From: Eledone cirrhosa | Taxonomy: Eukaryota | DNA length: 64,000 nt | Reading direction: 5' to 3' | Assembly (NCBI GenBank): GCA_964016885.1 | Contig: OZ024758.1 | Location: forward strand, 38,812,001-38,876,000 | Shown: positions 1 through 13,168 of the stretch, piece after piece | Layout: every line of letters begins with the position of its first letter | Numbering within the stretch: the first letter of the stretch is position 1 | Made by a program: the position numbers and the translations under genes | Notes under the pieces: model-generated | Databases searched by the model: none | What the model saw: only the letters and a program-made list of their open reading frames with translations | Told to the model about the DNA's origin: nothing

Positions 1-2459
1 TGTTGGTGAGAATTCATTTAAGTTCATGGTACTAGCTGTCAGAAGTAACTCCACTGTTGGTGAGAATTCATTTAAGTTCATGGTATTAGCTGTCAGAAGT
101 AACTCCACTGTTGGTGAGAATTCATTTAAGTTCATGGTACTAGCTGTCAGAAGTAACTCCACTGTTGGTGAGAATTCATTTAAGTTCATGGTATTAGCTG
201 TCAGAAGTCACTCCAATGTTGGTGAGAATTCATTTAAGTTCATGGTATTAGCTGTCAGAAGTCACTCCACTGTTGGTGAGAATTCATTTCAGTTCATGGT
301 ACTAGCTGTCAGAAGTAACCCCAATGTTGGTGAGAATTCATTTAAGTTCATGGTATTAGCTGTCAGAAGTCACTCCAATGTTGGTGAGAATCCATTTAAG
401 TTCATGGTATTAGCTGTCAGAAGTAACTCCACTGTTGGTGAGAATTCATTTAAGTTCATGGTATTAGCTGTCAGAAGGAACGCCACTGTTGGTGAGAATT
501 CATTTAAGTTCATGGTATTAGCTGTCAGAAGTAACTCCACTGTTGGTGAGAATTCATTTAAGTTCATGGTACTAGCTGTCAGAAGTAACTCCAATGTTGG
601 TGAGAATTCATTTAAGTTCATGGTAATAGCTGTCAGAAGTAACTCCACTGTTGGTGAGAATTCATTTAAGTTCATGGTATTAGCTGTCAGAAGTAACTCC
701 ACTGTTGGTGAGAATTCATTTAAGTCATGGTATTAGCTGTCAGAAGTAACTCCAATGTTGGTGAGAATTCATTTAAGTCATGGTACTAGCTGTCAGAAGT
801 AACTCCAATGTTGGTGAGAATTCATTTAAGTTCATGGTATTAGCTGTCAGAAGTAACTCCACTGTTGGTGAGAATTCATTTAAGTTCATGGTATTAGCTG
901 TCAGAAGTAACTCCACTGTTGGTGAGAATTCATTTAAGTCATGGTATTAGCTGTCAGAAGTAACTCCAATGTTGGTGAGAATTCATTTAAGTTCATGGTA
1001 TTAGCTGTCAGAAGGAACTCCACTGTTGGTGAGAATTCATTTAAGTTCATGGTAATAGCTGTCAGAAGTAACTCCACTGTTGGTGAGAATTCATTTAAGT
1101 TCATGGTATTAGCTGTCAGAAGTAACTCCACTGTTGGTGAGAATTCATTTAAGTCATGGTATTAGCTGTCAGAAGTAACTCCAATGTTGGTGAGAATTCA
1201 TTTAAGTCATGGTACTAGCTGTCAGAAGTAACTCCAATGTTGGTGAGAATTCATTTAAGTTCATGGTATTAGCTGTCAGAAGTAACTCCACTGTTGGTGA
1301 GAATTTATTTAAGTTCATGGTATTAGCTGTCAGAAGTCACTCCACTGTTGGTGAGAATTCATTTAAGTTCATGGTACTAGTTGTCAGAAGTAACTCCACT
1401 GTTGGTGAGAATTCATTTAAGTTCATGGTATTAGTTGTCAGAAGTAACTCCACTGTTGGTGAGAATTCATTTAAGTTCATGGTATTAGCTGTCAGAAGTA
1501 ACTCCACTGTTGGTGAGAATTCATTTAAGTCATGGTATTAGCTGTCAGAAGTAACTCCATTGTTGGTGAGAATTCATTTAAATCATGGTACTAGCTGTCA
1601 GAAGTAACTCCACTGTTGGTGAGAATTCATTTAAGTTCATGGTATTAGCTGTCAGAAGGATCTCCACTGTTGGTGAGAATTCATTTAAGTTCATGGTACT
1701 AGCTGTCAGAAGTAACTCTACTGTTGGTGAGAATTCATTTAAGTTCATGGTATTAGTTTGTCAGAAGTAACTCCACTGTTGGTGAGAATTCATTTAAGTC
1801 ATGGTATTAGTTGTCAGAAGTAACTCCAATGTTTGTGAGAATTCATTTAAGTCATGGTACTAGCTGTCAGAAGTAACTCCAATGTTGGTGAGAATTCATT
1901 TAAGTTCATCGTATTAGCTGTCAGAAGGAACTCCACTGTTGGTGAGAATTCATTTAAGTTCATGGTACTAGCTGTCAGAAGTAACTCCAATGTTGGTGAG
2001 AATTCATTTAAGTTCATGGTATTAGCTGTCAGAAGTAACTCCACTGTTGGTGAGAATTCATTTAAGTTCATGGTATTAGCTGTCAGAAGTAACTCCACTG
2101 TTGGTGAGAATTCATTTAAGTTCATGGTACTAGCTGTCAGAAGTAACTCCAATGTTGGTGAGAATTCATTTAAGTTCATGGTATTAGCTGTCAGAAGTAA
2201 CTCCACTGTTGGTGAGAATTCATTTAAGTCATGGTATTAGTTGTCAGAAGTAACTCCAATGTTGGTGAGAATTCATTTAAGTCATGGTACTAGCTGTCAG
2301 AAGTAACTCCAATGTTGGTGAGAATTCATTTAAGTTCATGGTATTAGCTGTCAGAAGTAACTCCACTGTTGGTGAGAATTCATTTAAGTTCATGGTATTA
2401 GCTGTCAGAAGTAACTCCACTGTTGGTGAGAATTCATTTAAGTTCATGGTATTAGCTGT

Positions 2460-3950
2460 CAGAAGGAACTCCAATGTTGGTGAGAATTCATTTAAGTCAT
2501 GGTACTAGCTGTCAGAAGTAACTCCACTGTTGGTGAGAATTCATTTAAGTTCATGGTATTATCTGTCAGAAGGAACGCCACTGTTGGTGAGAATTCATTT
2601 AAGTTCATGGTATTATCTGTCAGAAGTAACTCCACTGTTGGTGAGAATTCATTTAAGTTCATGGTATTAGCTGTCAGAAGTAACTCCACTGTTGGTGAGA
2701 ATTCATTTAAGTTCATGGTACTAGCTGTCAGAAGTAACTCCACTGTTGGTGAGAGTTCATTTAAGTTCATGGTATTAGCTGACAGAAGGAACTCCACTGT
2801 TGGTGAGAATTCATTTAAGTTCATGGTACTAGCTGTCAGAAGTAACTCTACTGTTGGTGAGAATTCATTTAAGTTCATGGTATTAGTTTGTCAGAAGTAA
2901 CTCCACTGTTGGTGAGAATTCATTTAAGTCATGGTATTAGTTGTAAGAAGTAACTCCAATGTTGGTGAGAATTCATTTAAGTCATGGTACTAGCTGTCAG
3001 AAGTAACTCCAATGTTGGTGAGAATTCATTTAAGTTCATGGTATTAGCTGTCAGAAGGAACTCCACTGTTGGTGAGAATTCATTTAAGTTCATGGTATTA
3101 GCCGTCAGAAGTAACTCCACTGTTGGTGAGAATTCATTTAAGTTCATGGTACTAGCTGTCAGAAGTAACTCCAATGTTGGTGAGAATTCATTTAAGTTCA
3201 TGGTACTAGCTGTCAGAAGGAACTCCAATGTTGGTGAGAATTCATTTAAGTCATGGTACTAGCTGTCAGAAGTAACTCCACTGTTGGTGAGAATTCATTT
3301 AAGTTCATGGTATTATCTGTCAGAAGGAACGCCACTGTTGGTGAGAATTCATTTAAGTTCATGGTATTATCTGTCAGAAGTAACTCCACTGTTGGTGAGA
3401 ATTCATTTAAGTTCATGGTATTAGCTGTCAGAAGTAACTCCACTGTTGGTGAGAATTCATTTAAGTTCATGGTACTAGCTGTCAGAAGTAACTCCACTGT
3501 TGGTGAGAGTTCATTTAAGTTCATGGTATTAGCTGACAGAAGGAACTCCACTGTTGGTGAGAATTCATTTAAGTTCATGGTACTAGCTGTCAGAAGTAAC
3601 TCTACTGTTGGTGAGAATTCATTTAAGTTCATGGTATTAGTTTGTCAGAAGTAACTCCACTGTTGGTGAGAATTCATTTAAGTCATGGTATTAGTTGTCA
3701 GAAGTAACTCCAATGTTGGTGAGAATTCATTTAAGTCATGGTACTAGCTGTCAGAAGTAACTCCAATGTTGGTGAGAATTCATTTAAGTTCATGGTATTA
3801 GCTGTCAGAAGGAACTCCACTGTTGGTGAGAATTCATTTAAGTTCATGGTATTAGCCGTCAGAAGTAACTCCACTGTTGGTGAGAATTCATTTAAGTTCA
3901 TGGTATTAGCTGTCAGAAGTAACTCCACTGTTGGTGAGAATTCATTTAAG
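2460..3950 (+). repeat. Tandem block duplication, period 754 bp (14 monomers)
   Basis: Rare markers recur at +754: TATTATCTG 2560/3314, GAGAGTTC 2753/3507, GCTGACAG 2781/3535, TAGCCGTC 3102/3856. The ORFs at 2499 and 3253 are identical. Confidence 0.9.
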
Positions 3951-6900
3951 TTCATGGTACTAGCTGTCAGAAGTAACTCCACTGTTGGTGAGAATTCATT
4001 TAAGTTCATGGTATTAGCTGTCAGAAGTAACTCCACTGTTGGTGAGAATTCATTTAAGTTCATGGTACTAGCTGTCAGAAGTAACTCCACTGTTGGTGAG
4101 AATTCATTTAAGTTCATGGTATTAGCTGTCAGAAGTCACTCCAATGTTGGTGAGAATTCATTTAAGTTCATGGTATTAGCTGTCAGAAGTCACTCCACTG
4201 TTGGTGAGAATTCATTTCAGTTCATGGTACTAGCTGTCAGAAGTAACCCCAATGTTGGTGAGAATTCATTTAAGTTCATGGTATTAGCTGTCAGAAGTCA
4301 CTCCAATGTTGGTGAGAATCCATTTAAGTTCATGGTATTAGCTGTCAGAAGTAACTCCACTGTTGGTGAGAATTCATTTAAGTTCATGGTATTAGCTGTC
4401 AGAAGGAACGCCACTGTTGGTGAGAATTCATTTAAGTTCATGGTATTAGCTGTCAGAAGTAACTCCACTGTTGGTGAGAATTCATTTAAGTTCATGGTAC
4501 TAGCTGTCAGAAGTAACTCCAATGTTGGTGAGAATTCATTTAAGTTCATGGTATTAGCTGTCAGAAGGAACTCCACTGTTGGTGAGAATTCATTTAAGTT
4601 CATGGTAATAGCTGTCAGAAGTAACTCCACTGTTGGTGAGAATTCATTTAAGTTCATGGTATTAGCTGTCAGAAGGAACTCCACTGTTGGTGAGAATTCA
4701 TTTAAGTCATGGTATTAGCTGTCAGAAGTAACGCCAATGTTGGTGAGAATTCATTTAAGTCATGGTACTAGCTGTCAGAAGTAACTCCAATGTTGGTGAG
4801 AATTCATTTAAGTTCATGGTATTAGCTGTCAGAAGTAACTCCACTGTTGGTGAGAATTCATTTAAGTTCATGGTATTAGCTGTCAGAAGTAACTCCACTG
4901 TTGGTGAGAATTCATTTAAGTCATGGTATTAGCTGTCAGAAGTAACTCCAATGTTGGTGAGAATTTATTTAAGTTCATGGTATTAGCTGTCAGAAGTCAC
5001 TCCACTGTTGGTGAGAATTCATTTAAGTTCATGGTACTAGTTGTCAGAAGTAACTCCACTGTTGGTGAGAATTCATTTAAGTTCATGGTATTAGTTGTCA
5101 GAAGTAACTCCACTGTTGGTGAGAATTCATTTAAGTTCATGGTATTAGCTGTCAGAAGTAACTCCACTGTTGGTGAGAATTCATTTAAGTCATGGTATTA
5201 GCTGTCAGAAGTAACTCCATTGTTGGTGAGAATTCATTTAAGTCATGGTACTAGCTGTCAGAAGTAACTCCACTGTTGGTGAGAATTCATTTAAGTTCAT
5301 GGTATTAGCTGTCAGAAGGATCTCCACTGTTGGTGAGAATTCATTTAAGTTCATGGTACTAGCTGTCAGAAGTAACTCTATTGTTGGTGAGAATTCATTT
5401 AAGTTCATGGTATTAGTTTGTCAGAAGTAACTCCACTGTTGGTGAGAATTCATTTAAGTCATGGTATTAGTTGTCAGAAGTAACTCCAATGTTGGTGAGA
5501 ATTCATTTAAGTCATGGTACTAGCTGTCAGAAGTAACTCCAATGTTGGTGAGAATTCATTTAAGTTCATCGTATTAGCTGTCAGAAGGAACTCCACTGTT
5601 GGTGAGAATTCATTTAAGTTCATGGTACTAGCTGTCAGAAGTAACTCCACTGTTGGTGAGAATTCATTTAAGTTCATGGTATTAGCTGTCAGAAGTCACT
5701 CCAATGTTGGTGAGAATCCATTTAAGTTCATGGTATTAGCTGTCAGAACTAACTCCACTGTTGGTGAGAATTCATTTAAGTTCATGGTATTAGCTGTCAG
5801 AAGGAACGCCACTGTTGGTGAGAATTCATTTAAGTTCATGGTATTAGCTGTCAGAAGTAACTCCACTGTTGGTGAGAATTCATTTAAGTCATGGTATTAG
5901 CTGTCAGAAGTAACTCCAATGTTGGTGAGAATTCATTTAAGTTCATGGTATTAGCTGTCAGAAGTAACTCCACTGTTGGTGAGAATTCATTTAAGTTCAT
6001 GGTATTAGCTGTCAGAAGTAACTCCACTGTTGGTGAGAATTCATTTAAGTTCATGGTACTAGCTGTCAGAAGTAACTCCACTGTTGGTGAGAATTCATTT
6101 AAGTTCATGGTATTAGCTGTCAGAAGTAACTCCACTGTTGGTGAGAATTCATTTAAGTTCATGGTACTAGCTGTCAGAAGTAACTCCACTGTTGGTGAGA
6201 ATTCATTTAAGTTCATGGTATTAGCTGTCAGAAGTCACTCCAATGTTGGTGAGAATTCATTTAAGTTCATGGTATTAGCTGTCAGAAGTCACTCCACTGT
6301 TGGTGAGAATTCATTTCAGTTCATGGTACTAGCTGTCAGAAGTAACCCCAATGTTGGTGAGAATTCATTTAAGTTCATGGTATTAGCTGTCAGAAGTCAC
6401 TCCAATGTTGGTGAGAATCCATTTAAGTTCATGGTATTAGCTGTCAGAAGTAACTCCACTGTTGGTGAGAATTCATTTAAGTTCATGGTATTAGCTGTCA
6501 GAAGGAACGCCACTGTTGGTGAGAATTCATTTAAGTTCATGGTATTAGCTGTCAGAAGTAACTCCACTGTTGGTGAGAATTCATTTAAGTTCATGGTACT
6601 AGCTGTCAGAAGTAACTCCAATGTTGGTGAGAATTCATTTAAGTTCATGGTATTAGCTGTCAGAAGGAACTCCACTGTTGGTGAGAATTCATTTAAGTTC
6701 ATGGTAATAGCTGTCAGAAGTAACTCCACTGTTGGTGAGAATTCATTTAAGTTCATGGTATTAGCTGTCAGAAGGAACTCCACTGTTGGTGAGAATTCAT
6801 TTAAGTCATGGTATTAGCTGTCAGAAGTAACGCCAATGTTGGTGAGAATTCATTTAAGTCATGGTACTAGCTGTCAGAAGTAACTCCAATGTTGGTGAGA

Positions 6901-7390
6901 ATTCATTTAAGTTCATGGTATTAGCTGTCAGAAGTAACTCCACTGTTGGTGAGAATTCATTTAAGTTCATGGTATTAGCTGTCAGAAGTAACTCCACTGT
7001 TGGTGAGAATTCATTTAAGTCATGGTATTAGCTGTCAGAAGTAACTCCAATGTTGGTGAGAATTTATTTAAGTTCATGGTATTAGCTGTCAGAAGTCACT
7101 CCACTGTTGGTGAGAATTCATTTAAGTTCATGGTACTAGTTGTCAGAAGTAACTCCACTGTTGGTGAGAATTCATTTAAGTTCATGGTATTAGTTGTCAG
7201 AAGTAACTCCACTGTTGGTGAGAATTCATTTAAGTTCATGGTATTAGCTGTCAGAAGTAACTCCACTGTTGGTGAGAATTCATTTAAGTCATGGTATTAG
7301 CTGTCAGAAGTAACTCCATTGTTGGTGAGAATTCATTTAAGTCATGGTACTAGCTGTCAGAAGTAACTCCACTGTTGGTGAGAATTCATT
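3850..7390 (+). repeat. Block duplication, period 2099 bp (39 monomers); copies ~3850-5290 and ~5950-7390
   Basis: Markers at +2099: TTTCAG 4217/6316, GAATCCAT ~4318/6417, AACGCCAAT 4731/6830. ORF ends are at 4718/6817 and ORF starts at 4923/7022. Confidence 0.88.
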
Positions 7391-8899
7391 TAAGTTCATG
7401 GTACTAGTTGTCAGAAGTAACTCCACTGTTGGTGAGAATTCATTTAAGTTCATGGTATTAGTTGTCAGAAGTAACTCCACTGTTGGTGAGAATTCATTTA
7501 AGTTCATGGTATTAGCTGTCAGAAGTAACTCCACTGTTGGTGAGAATTCATTTAAGTCATGGTATTAGCTGTCAGAAGTAACTCCATTGTTGGTGAGAAT
7601 TCATTTAAGTCATGGTACTAACTGTCAGAAGTAACTCCACTGTTGGTGAGAATTCATTTAAGTTCATGGTATTAGCTGTCAGAAGGATCTCCACTGTTGG
7701 TGAGAATTCATTTAAGTTCATGGTACTAGCTGTCAGAAGTAACTCTATTGTTGGTGAGAATTCATTTAAGTTCATGGTATTAGTTTGTCAGAAGTAACTC
7801 CACTGTTGGTGAGAATTCATTTAAGTCATGGTATTAGTTGTCAGAAGTAACTCCAATGTTGGTGAGAATTCATTTAAGTCACGGTACTAGCTGTCAGAAG
7901 TAACTCCAATGTTGGTGAGAATTCATTTAAGTTCATCGTATTAGCTGTCAGAAGGAACTCCACTGTTGGTGAGAATTCATTTAAGTTCATGGTACTAGCT
8001 GTCAGAAGTAACTCCACTGTTGGTGAGAATTCATTTAAGTTCATGGTATTAGCTGTCAGAAGTCACTCCAATGCTGGTGAGAATCCATTTAAGTTCATGG
8101 TATTAGCTGTCAGAAGTAACTCCACTGTTGGTGAGAATTCATTTAAGTTCATGGTATTAGCTGTCAGAAGGAACGCCACTGTTGGTGAGAATTCATTTAA
8201 GTTCATGGTATTAGCTGTCAGAAGTAACTCCACTGTTGGTGAGAATTCATTTAAGTTCATGGTACTAGCTGTCAGAAGTAACTCCAATGTTGGTGAGAAT
8301 TCATTTAAGTTCATGGTATTAGCTGTCAGAAGGAACTCCACTGTTGGTGAGAATTCATTTAAGTTCATGGTAATAGCTGTCAGAAGTAACTCCACTGTTG
8401 GTGAGAATTCATTTAAGTTCATGGTATTAGCTGTCAGAAGTAACTCCACTGTTGGTGAGAATTCATTTAAGTCATGGTATTAGCTGTCAGAAGTAACTCC
8501 AATGTTGGTGAGAATTCATTTAAGTCATGGTACTAGCTGTCAGAAGTAACTCCAATGTTGGTGAGAATTCATTTAAGTTCATGGTATTAGCTGTCAGAAG
8601 TAACTCCACTGTTGGTGAGAATTTATTTAAGTTCATGGTATTAGCTGTCAGAAGTCACTCCACTGTTGGTGAGAATTCATTTAAGTTCATGGTACTAGTT
8701 GTCAGAAGTAACTCCAATGTTGGTGAGAATTCATTTAAGTTCATGGTATTAGTTGTCAGAAGTAACTCCACTGTTGGTGAGAATTCATTTAAGTTCATGG
8801 TATTAGCTGTCAGAAGTAACTCCACTGTTGGTGAGAATTCATTTAAGTCATGGTATTAGCTGTCAGAAGTAACTCCATTGTTGGTGAGAATTCATTTAA

Positions 8900-11800
8900 G
8901 TCATGGTACTAGCTGTCAGAAGTAACTCCACTGTTGGTGAGAATTCATTTAAGTTCATGGTATTAGCTGTCAGAAGGATCTCCACTGTTGGTGAGAATTC
9001 ATTTAAGTTCATGGTACTAGCTGTCAGAAGTAACTCTACTGTTGGTGAGAATTCATTTAAGTTCATGGTATGAGTTTGTCAGAAGTAACTCCACTGTTGG
9101 TGAGAATTCATTTAAGTCATGGTATTAGTTGTCAGAAGTAACTCCAATGTTGGTGAGAATTCATTTAAGTCATGGTACTAGCTGTCAGAAGTAACTCCAA
9201 TGTTGGTGAGAATTCATTTAAGTTCATCGTATTAGCTGTCAGAAGGAACTCCACTGTTGGTGAGAATTCATTTAAGTTCATGGTACTAGCTGTCAGAAGT
9301 AACTCCACTGTTGGTGAGAATTCATTTAAGTTCATGGTATTAGTTTGTCAGAAGTAACTCCACTGTTGGTGAGAATTCATTTAAGTCATGGTATTAGTTG
9401 TCAGAAGTAACTCCAATGTTGGTGAGAATTCATTTAAGTTCATGGTACTAGCTGTCAGAAGTAACTCCACTGTTGGTGAGAATTCATTTAAGTTCATGGT
9501 ATTAGCTGTCAGAAGTAACTCCACTGTTGGTGAGAATTCATTTAAGTCATGGTATTAGCTGTCAGAAGTAACTCCAATGTTGGTGAGAATTCATTTAAGT
9601 CATGGTACTAGCTGTCAGAAGTAACTCCAATGTTGGTGAGAATTCATTTAAGTTCATGGTATTAGCTGTCAGAAGTAACTCCACTGTTGGTGAGAATTCA
9701 TTTAAGTTCATGGTATTAGCTGTCAGAAGTAACTCCACTGTTGGTGAGAATTCATTTAAGTCATGGTATTAGCTGTCAGGAGTAACTCCAATGTTGGTGA
9801 GAATTTATTTAAGTTCATGGTATTAGCTGTCAGAAGTCACTCCACTGTTGGTGAGAATTCATTTAAGGTCATGGTACTAGCTGTCAGAAGTAACCCCAAT
9901 GTTGGTGAGAATTCATTTAAGTTCATGGTATTAGCTGTCAGAAGTCACTCCAATGTTAGTGAGAATTCATTTAAGTTCATGGTATTAGCTGTCAGAAGTA
10001 ACTCCACTGTTGGTGAGAATTCATTTAAGTTCATGGTATTAGCTGTCAGAAGTAACTCCACTGTTGGTGAGAATTCATTTAAGTTCATGGTATTAGCTGT
10101 TAGATGGAACTCCAATGTTGTTGAGAATTCATTTAAGTCATGGTACTAGCTGTCAGAAGTAACTCCACTGTTGGTGAGAATTCATTTAAGTTCATGGTAT
10201 TAGCTGTCAGAAGGAACGCCACTGTTGGTGAGAATTCATTTAAGTTCATGGTATTAGCTGTCAGAAGTAACTCCACTGTTGGTGAGAATTCATTTAAGTT
10301 CATGGTACTAGCTGTCAGAAGTAACTCCAATGTTGGTGAGAATTCATTTAAGTTCATGGTATTAGCTGTCAGAAGGAACTCCACTGTTGCTGAGAATTCA
10401 TTTAAGTTCATGGTATTAGCTGTCAGAGGTAACTCCACTGTTGGTGAGAATTCATTTAAGTTCATGGTATTAGCTGTCAGAAGTAACTCCACTGTTGGTG
10501 AGAATTCATTTAAGTCATGGTATTAGCTGTCAGAAGTAACTCCATTGTTGGTGAGAATTCATTTAAGTCATGGTACTAGCTGTCAGAAGTAACTCCAATG
10601 TTGGTGAGAATTCATTTAAGTCATGGTACTAGCTGTCAGAAGTAACTCCAATGTTGGTGAGAATTCATTTAAGTTCATGGTATTAGCTGTCAGAAGGAAC
10701 TCCACTGTTGGTGAGAATTCATTTAAGTTCATGGTATTAGCTGGCAGAAGTAACTCCACTGTTGGTGAGAATTCATTTAAGTTCATGGTATTAGCTGTCA
10801 GAAGTAACTCCACTGTTGGTGAGAATTCATTTAAGTTCATGGTACTAGCTGTCAGAAGTAACTCCAATGTTGGTGAGAATTCATTTAAGTTCATGGTACT
10901 AGCTGTCAGAAGTAACTCCAATGTTGGTGAGAATTCATTTAAGTTCATGGTATTAGCTGTCAGAAGGAACTCCACTGTTGGTGAGAATTCATTTAAGTTC
11001 ATGGTAATAGCTGTCAGAAGTAACTCCACTGTTGGTGAGAATTCATTTAAGTTCATGGTATTAGCTGTCAGAAGTAACTCCACTGTTGGTGAGAATTCAT
11101 TTAAGTCATGGTATTAGCTGTCAGAAGTAACTCCAATGTTGGTGAGAATTCATTTAAGTCATGGTACTAGCTGTCAGAAGTAACTCCAATGTTGGTGAGA
11201 ATTCATTTAAGTTCATGGTATTAGCTGTCAGAAGTAACTCCACTGTTGGTGAGAATTTATTTAAGTTCATGGTATTAGCTGTCAGAAGTCACTCCACTGT
11301 TGGTGAGAATTCATTTAAGTTCATGGTACTAGTTGTCAGAAGTAACTCCAATGTTGGTGAGAATTCATTTAAGTTCATGGTATTAGTTGTCAGAAGTAAC
11401 TCCACTGTTGGTGAGAATTCATTTAAGTTCATGGTATTAGCTGTCAGAAGTAACTCCACTGTTGGTGAGAATTCATTTAAGTTCATGGTATTAGCTGTCA
11501 GAAGGATCTCCACTGTTGGTGAGAATTCATTTAAGTTCATGGTACTAGCTGTCAGAAGTAACTCTACTGTTGGTGAGAATTCATTTAAGTTCATGGTATT
11601 AGTTTGTCAGAAGTAACTCCACTGTTGGTGAGAATTCATTTAAGTCATGGTATTAGTTGTCAGAAGTAACTCCAATGTTGGTGAGAATTCATTTAAGTCA
11701 TGGTACTAGCTGTCAGAAGTAACTCCAATGTTGGTGAGAATTCATTTAAGTTCATCGTATTAGCTGTCAGAAGGAACTCCACTGTTGGTGAGAATTCATT

Positions 11801-13168
11801 TAAGTTCATGGTACTAGCTGTCAGAAGTAACTCCACTGTTGGTGAGAATTCATTTAAGTTCATGGTATTAGTTTGTCAGAAGTAACTCCACTGTTGGTGA
11901 GAATTCATTTAAGTCATGGTATTAGTTGTCAGAAGTAACTCCAATGTTGGTGAGAATTCATTTAAGTTCATGGTACTAGCTGTCAGAAGTAACTCCACTG
12001 TTGGTGAGAATTCATTTAAGTTCATGGTATTAGCTGTCAGAAGTAACTCCACTGTTGGTGAGAATTCATTTAAGTCATGGTATTAGCTGTCAGAAGTAAC
12101 TCCAATGTTGGTGAGAATTCATTTAAGTCATGGTACTAGCTGTCAGAAGTAACTCCAATGTTGGTGAGAATTCATTTAAGTTCATGGTATTAGCTGTCAG
12201 AAGTAACTCCACTGTTGGTGAGAATTCATTTAAGTTCATGGTATTAGCTGTCAGAAGTAACTCCACTGTTGGTGAGAATTCATTTAAGTCATGGTATTAG
12301 CTGTCAGAAGTAACTCCAATGTTGGTGAGAATTTATTTAAGTTCATGGTATTAGCTGTCAGAAGTCACTCCACTGTTGGTGAGAATTCATTTAAGGTCAT
12401 GGTACTAGCTGTCAGAAGTAACCCCAATGTTGGTGAGAATTCATTTAAGTTCATGGTATTAGCTGTCAGAAGTCACTCCAATGTTAGTGAGAATTCATTT
12501 AAGTTCATGGTATTAGCTGTCAGAAGTAACTCCACTGTTGGTGAGAATTCATTTAAGTTCATGGTATTAGCTGTCTGAAGTAACTCCACTGTTGGTGAGA
12601 ATTCATTTAAGTTCATGGTATTAGCTGTTAGATGGAACTCCAATGTTGTTGAGAATTCATTTAAGTCATGGTACTAGCTGTCAGAAGTAACTCCACTGTT
12701 GGTGAGAATTCATTTAAGTTCATGGTATTAGCTGTCAGAAGGAACGCCACTGTTGGTGAGAATTCATTTAAGTTCATGGTATTAGCTGTCAGAAGTAACT
12801 CCACTGTTGGTGAGAATTCATTTAAGTTCATGGTACTAGCTGTCAGAAGTAACTCCAATGTTGGTGAGAATTCATTTAAGTTCATTGTATTAGCTGTCAG
12901 AAGGAACTCCACTGTTGCTGAGAATTCATTTAAGTTCATGGTATTAGCTGTCAGAAGTAACTCCACTGTTGGTGAGAATTCATTTAAGTTCATGGTATTA
13001 GCTGTCAGAAGTAACTCCACTGTTGGTGAGAATTCATTTAAGTCATGGTATTAGCTGTCAGAAGTAACTCCATTGTTGGTGAGAATTCATTTAAGTCATG
13101 GTACTAGCTGTCAGAAGTAACTCCAATGTTGGTGAGAATTCATTTAAGTCATGGTACTAGCTGTCAGA
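8900..13168 (+). repeat. Block duplication, period 2528 bp (47 monomers); copies ~8900-10640 and ~11430-13168
   Basis: Markers at +2528: GGATCTCC 8976/11504, TAAGGTCATG 9866/12394, GTTAGTGAG 9957/12485, GTTGTTGAG ~10120/12648. ORF starts are 9172/11700, 9763/12291 and 10140/12668. Confidence 0.88.

Noticed and set aside
10-63. Internal 3x18-bp or 11-bp (TTCAT...TTCAT) sub-repeat origin of the monomer
   Set aside because: The 18-bp thirds I compared match at only 5-6 of 18 positions, near chance for AT-rich DNA. The TTCAT pair is too short to support a claim.
54-70. CENP-B-box-like motif around CTGTTGGTGAG
   Set aside because: Only GTTGG is shared. The essential TTCG and CGGG elements of the canonical 17-bp box are absent.
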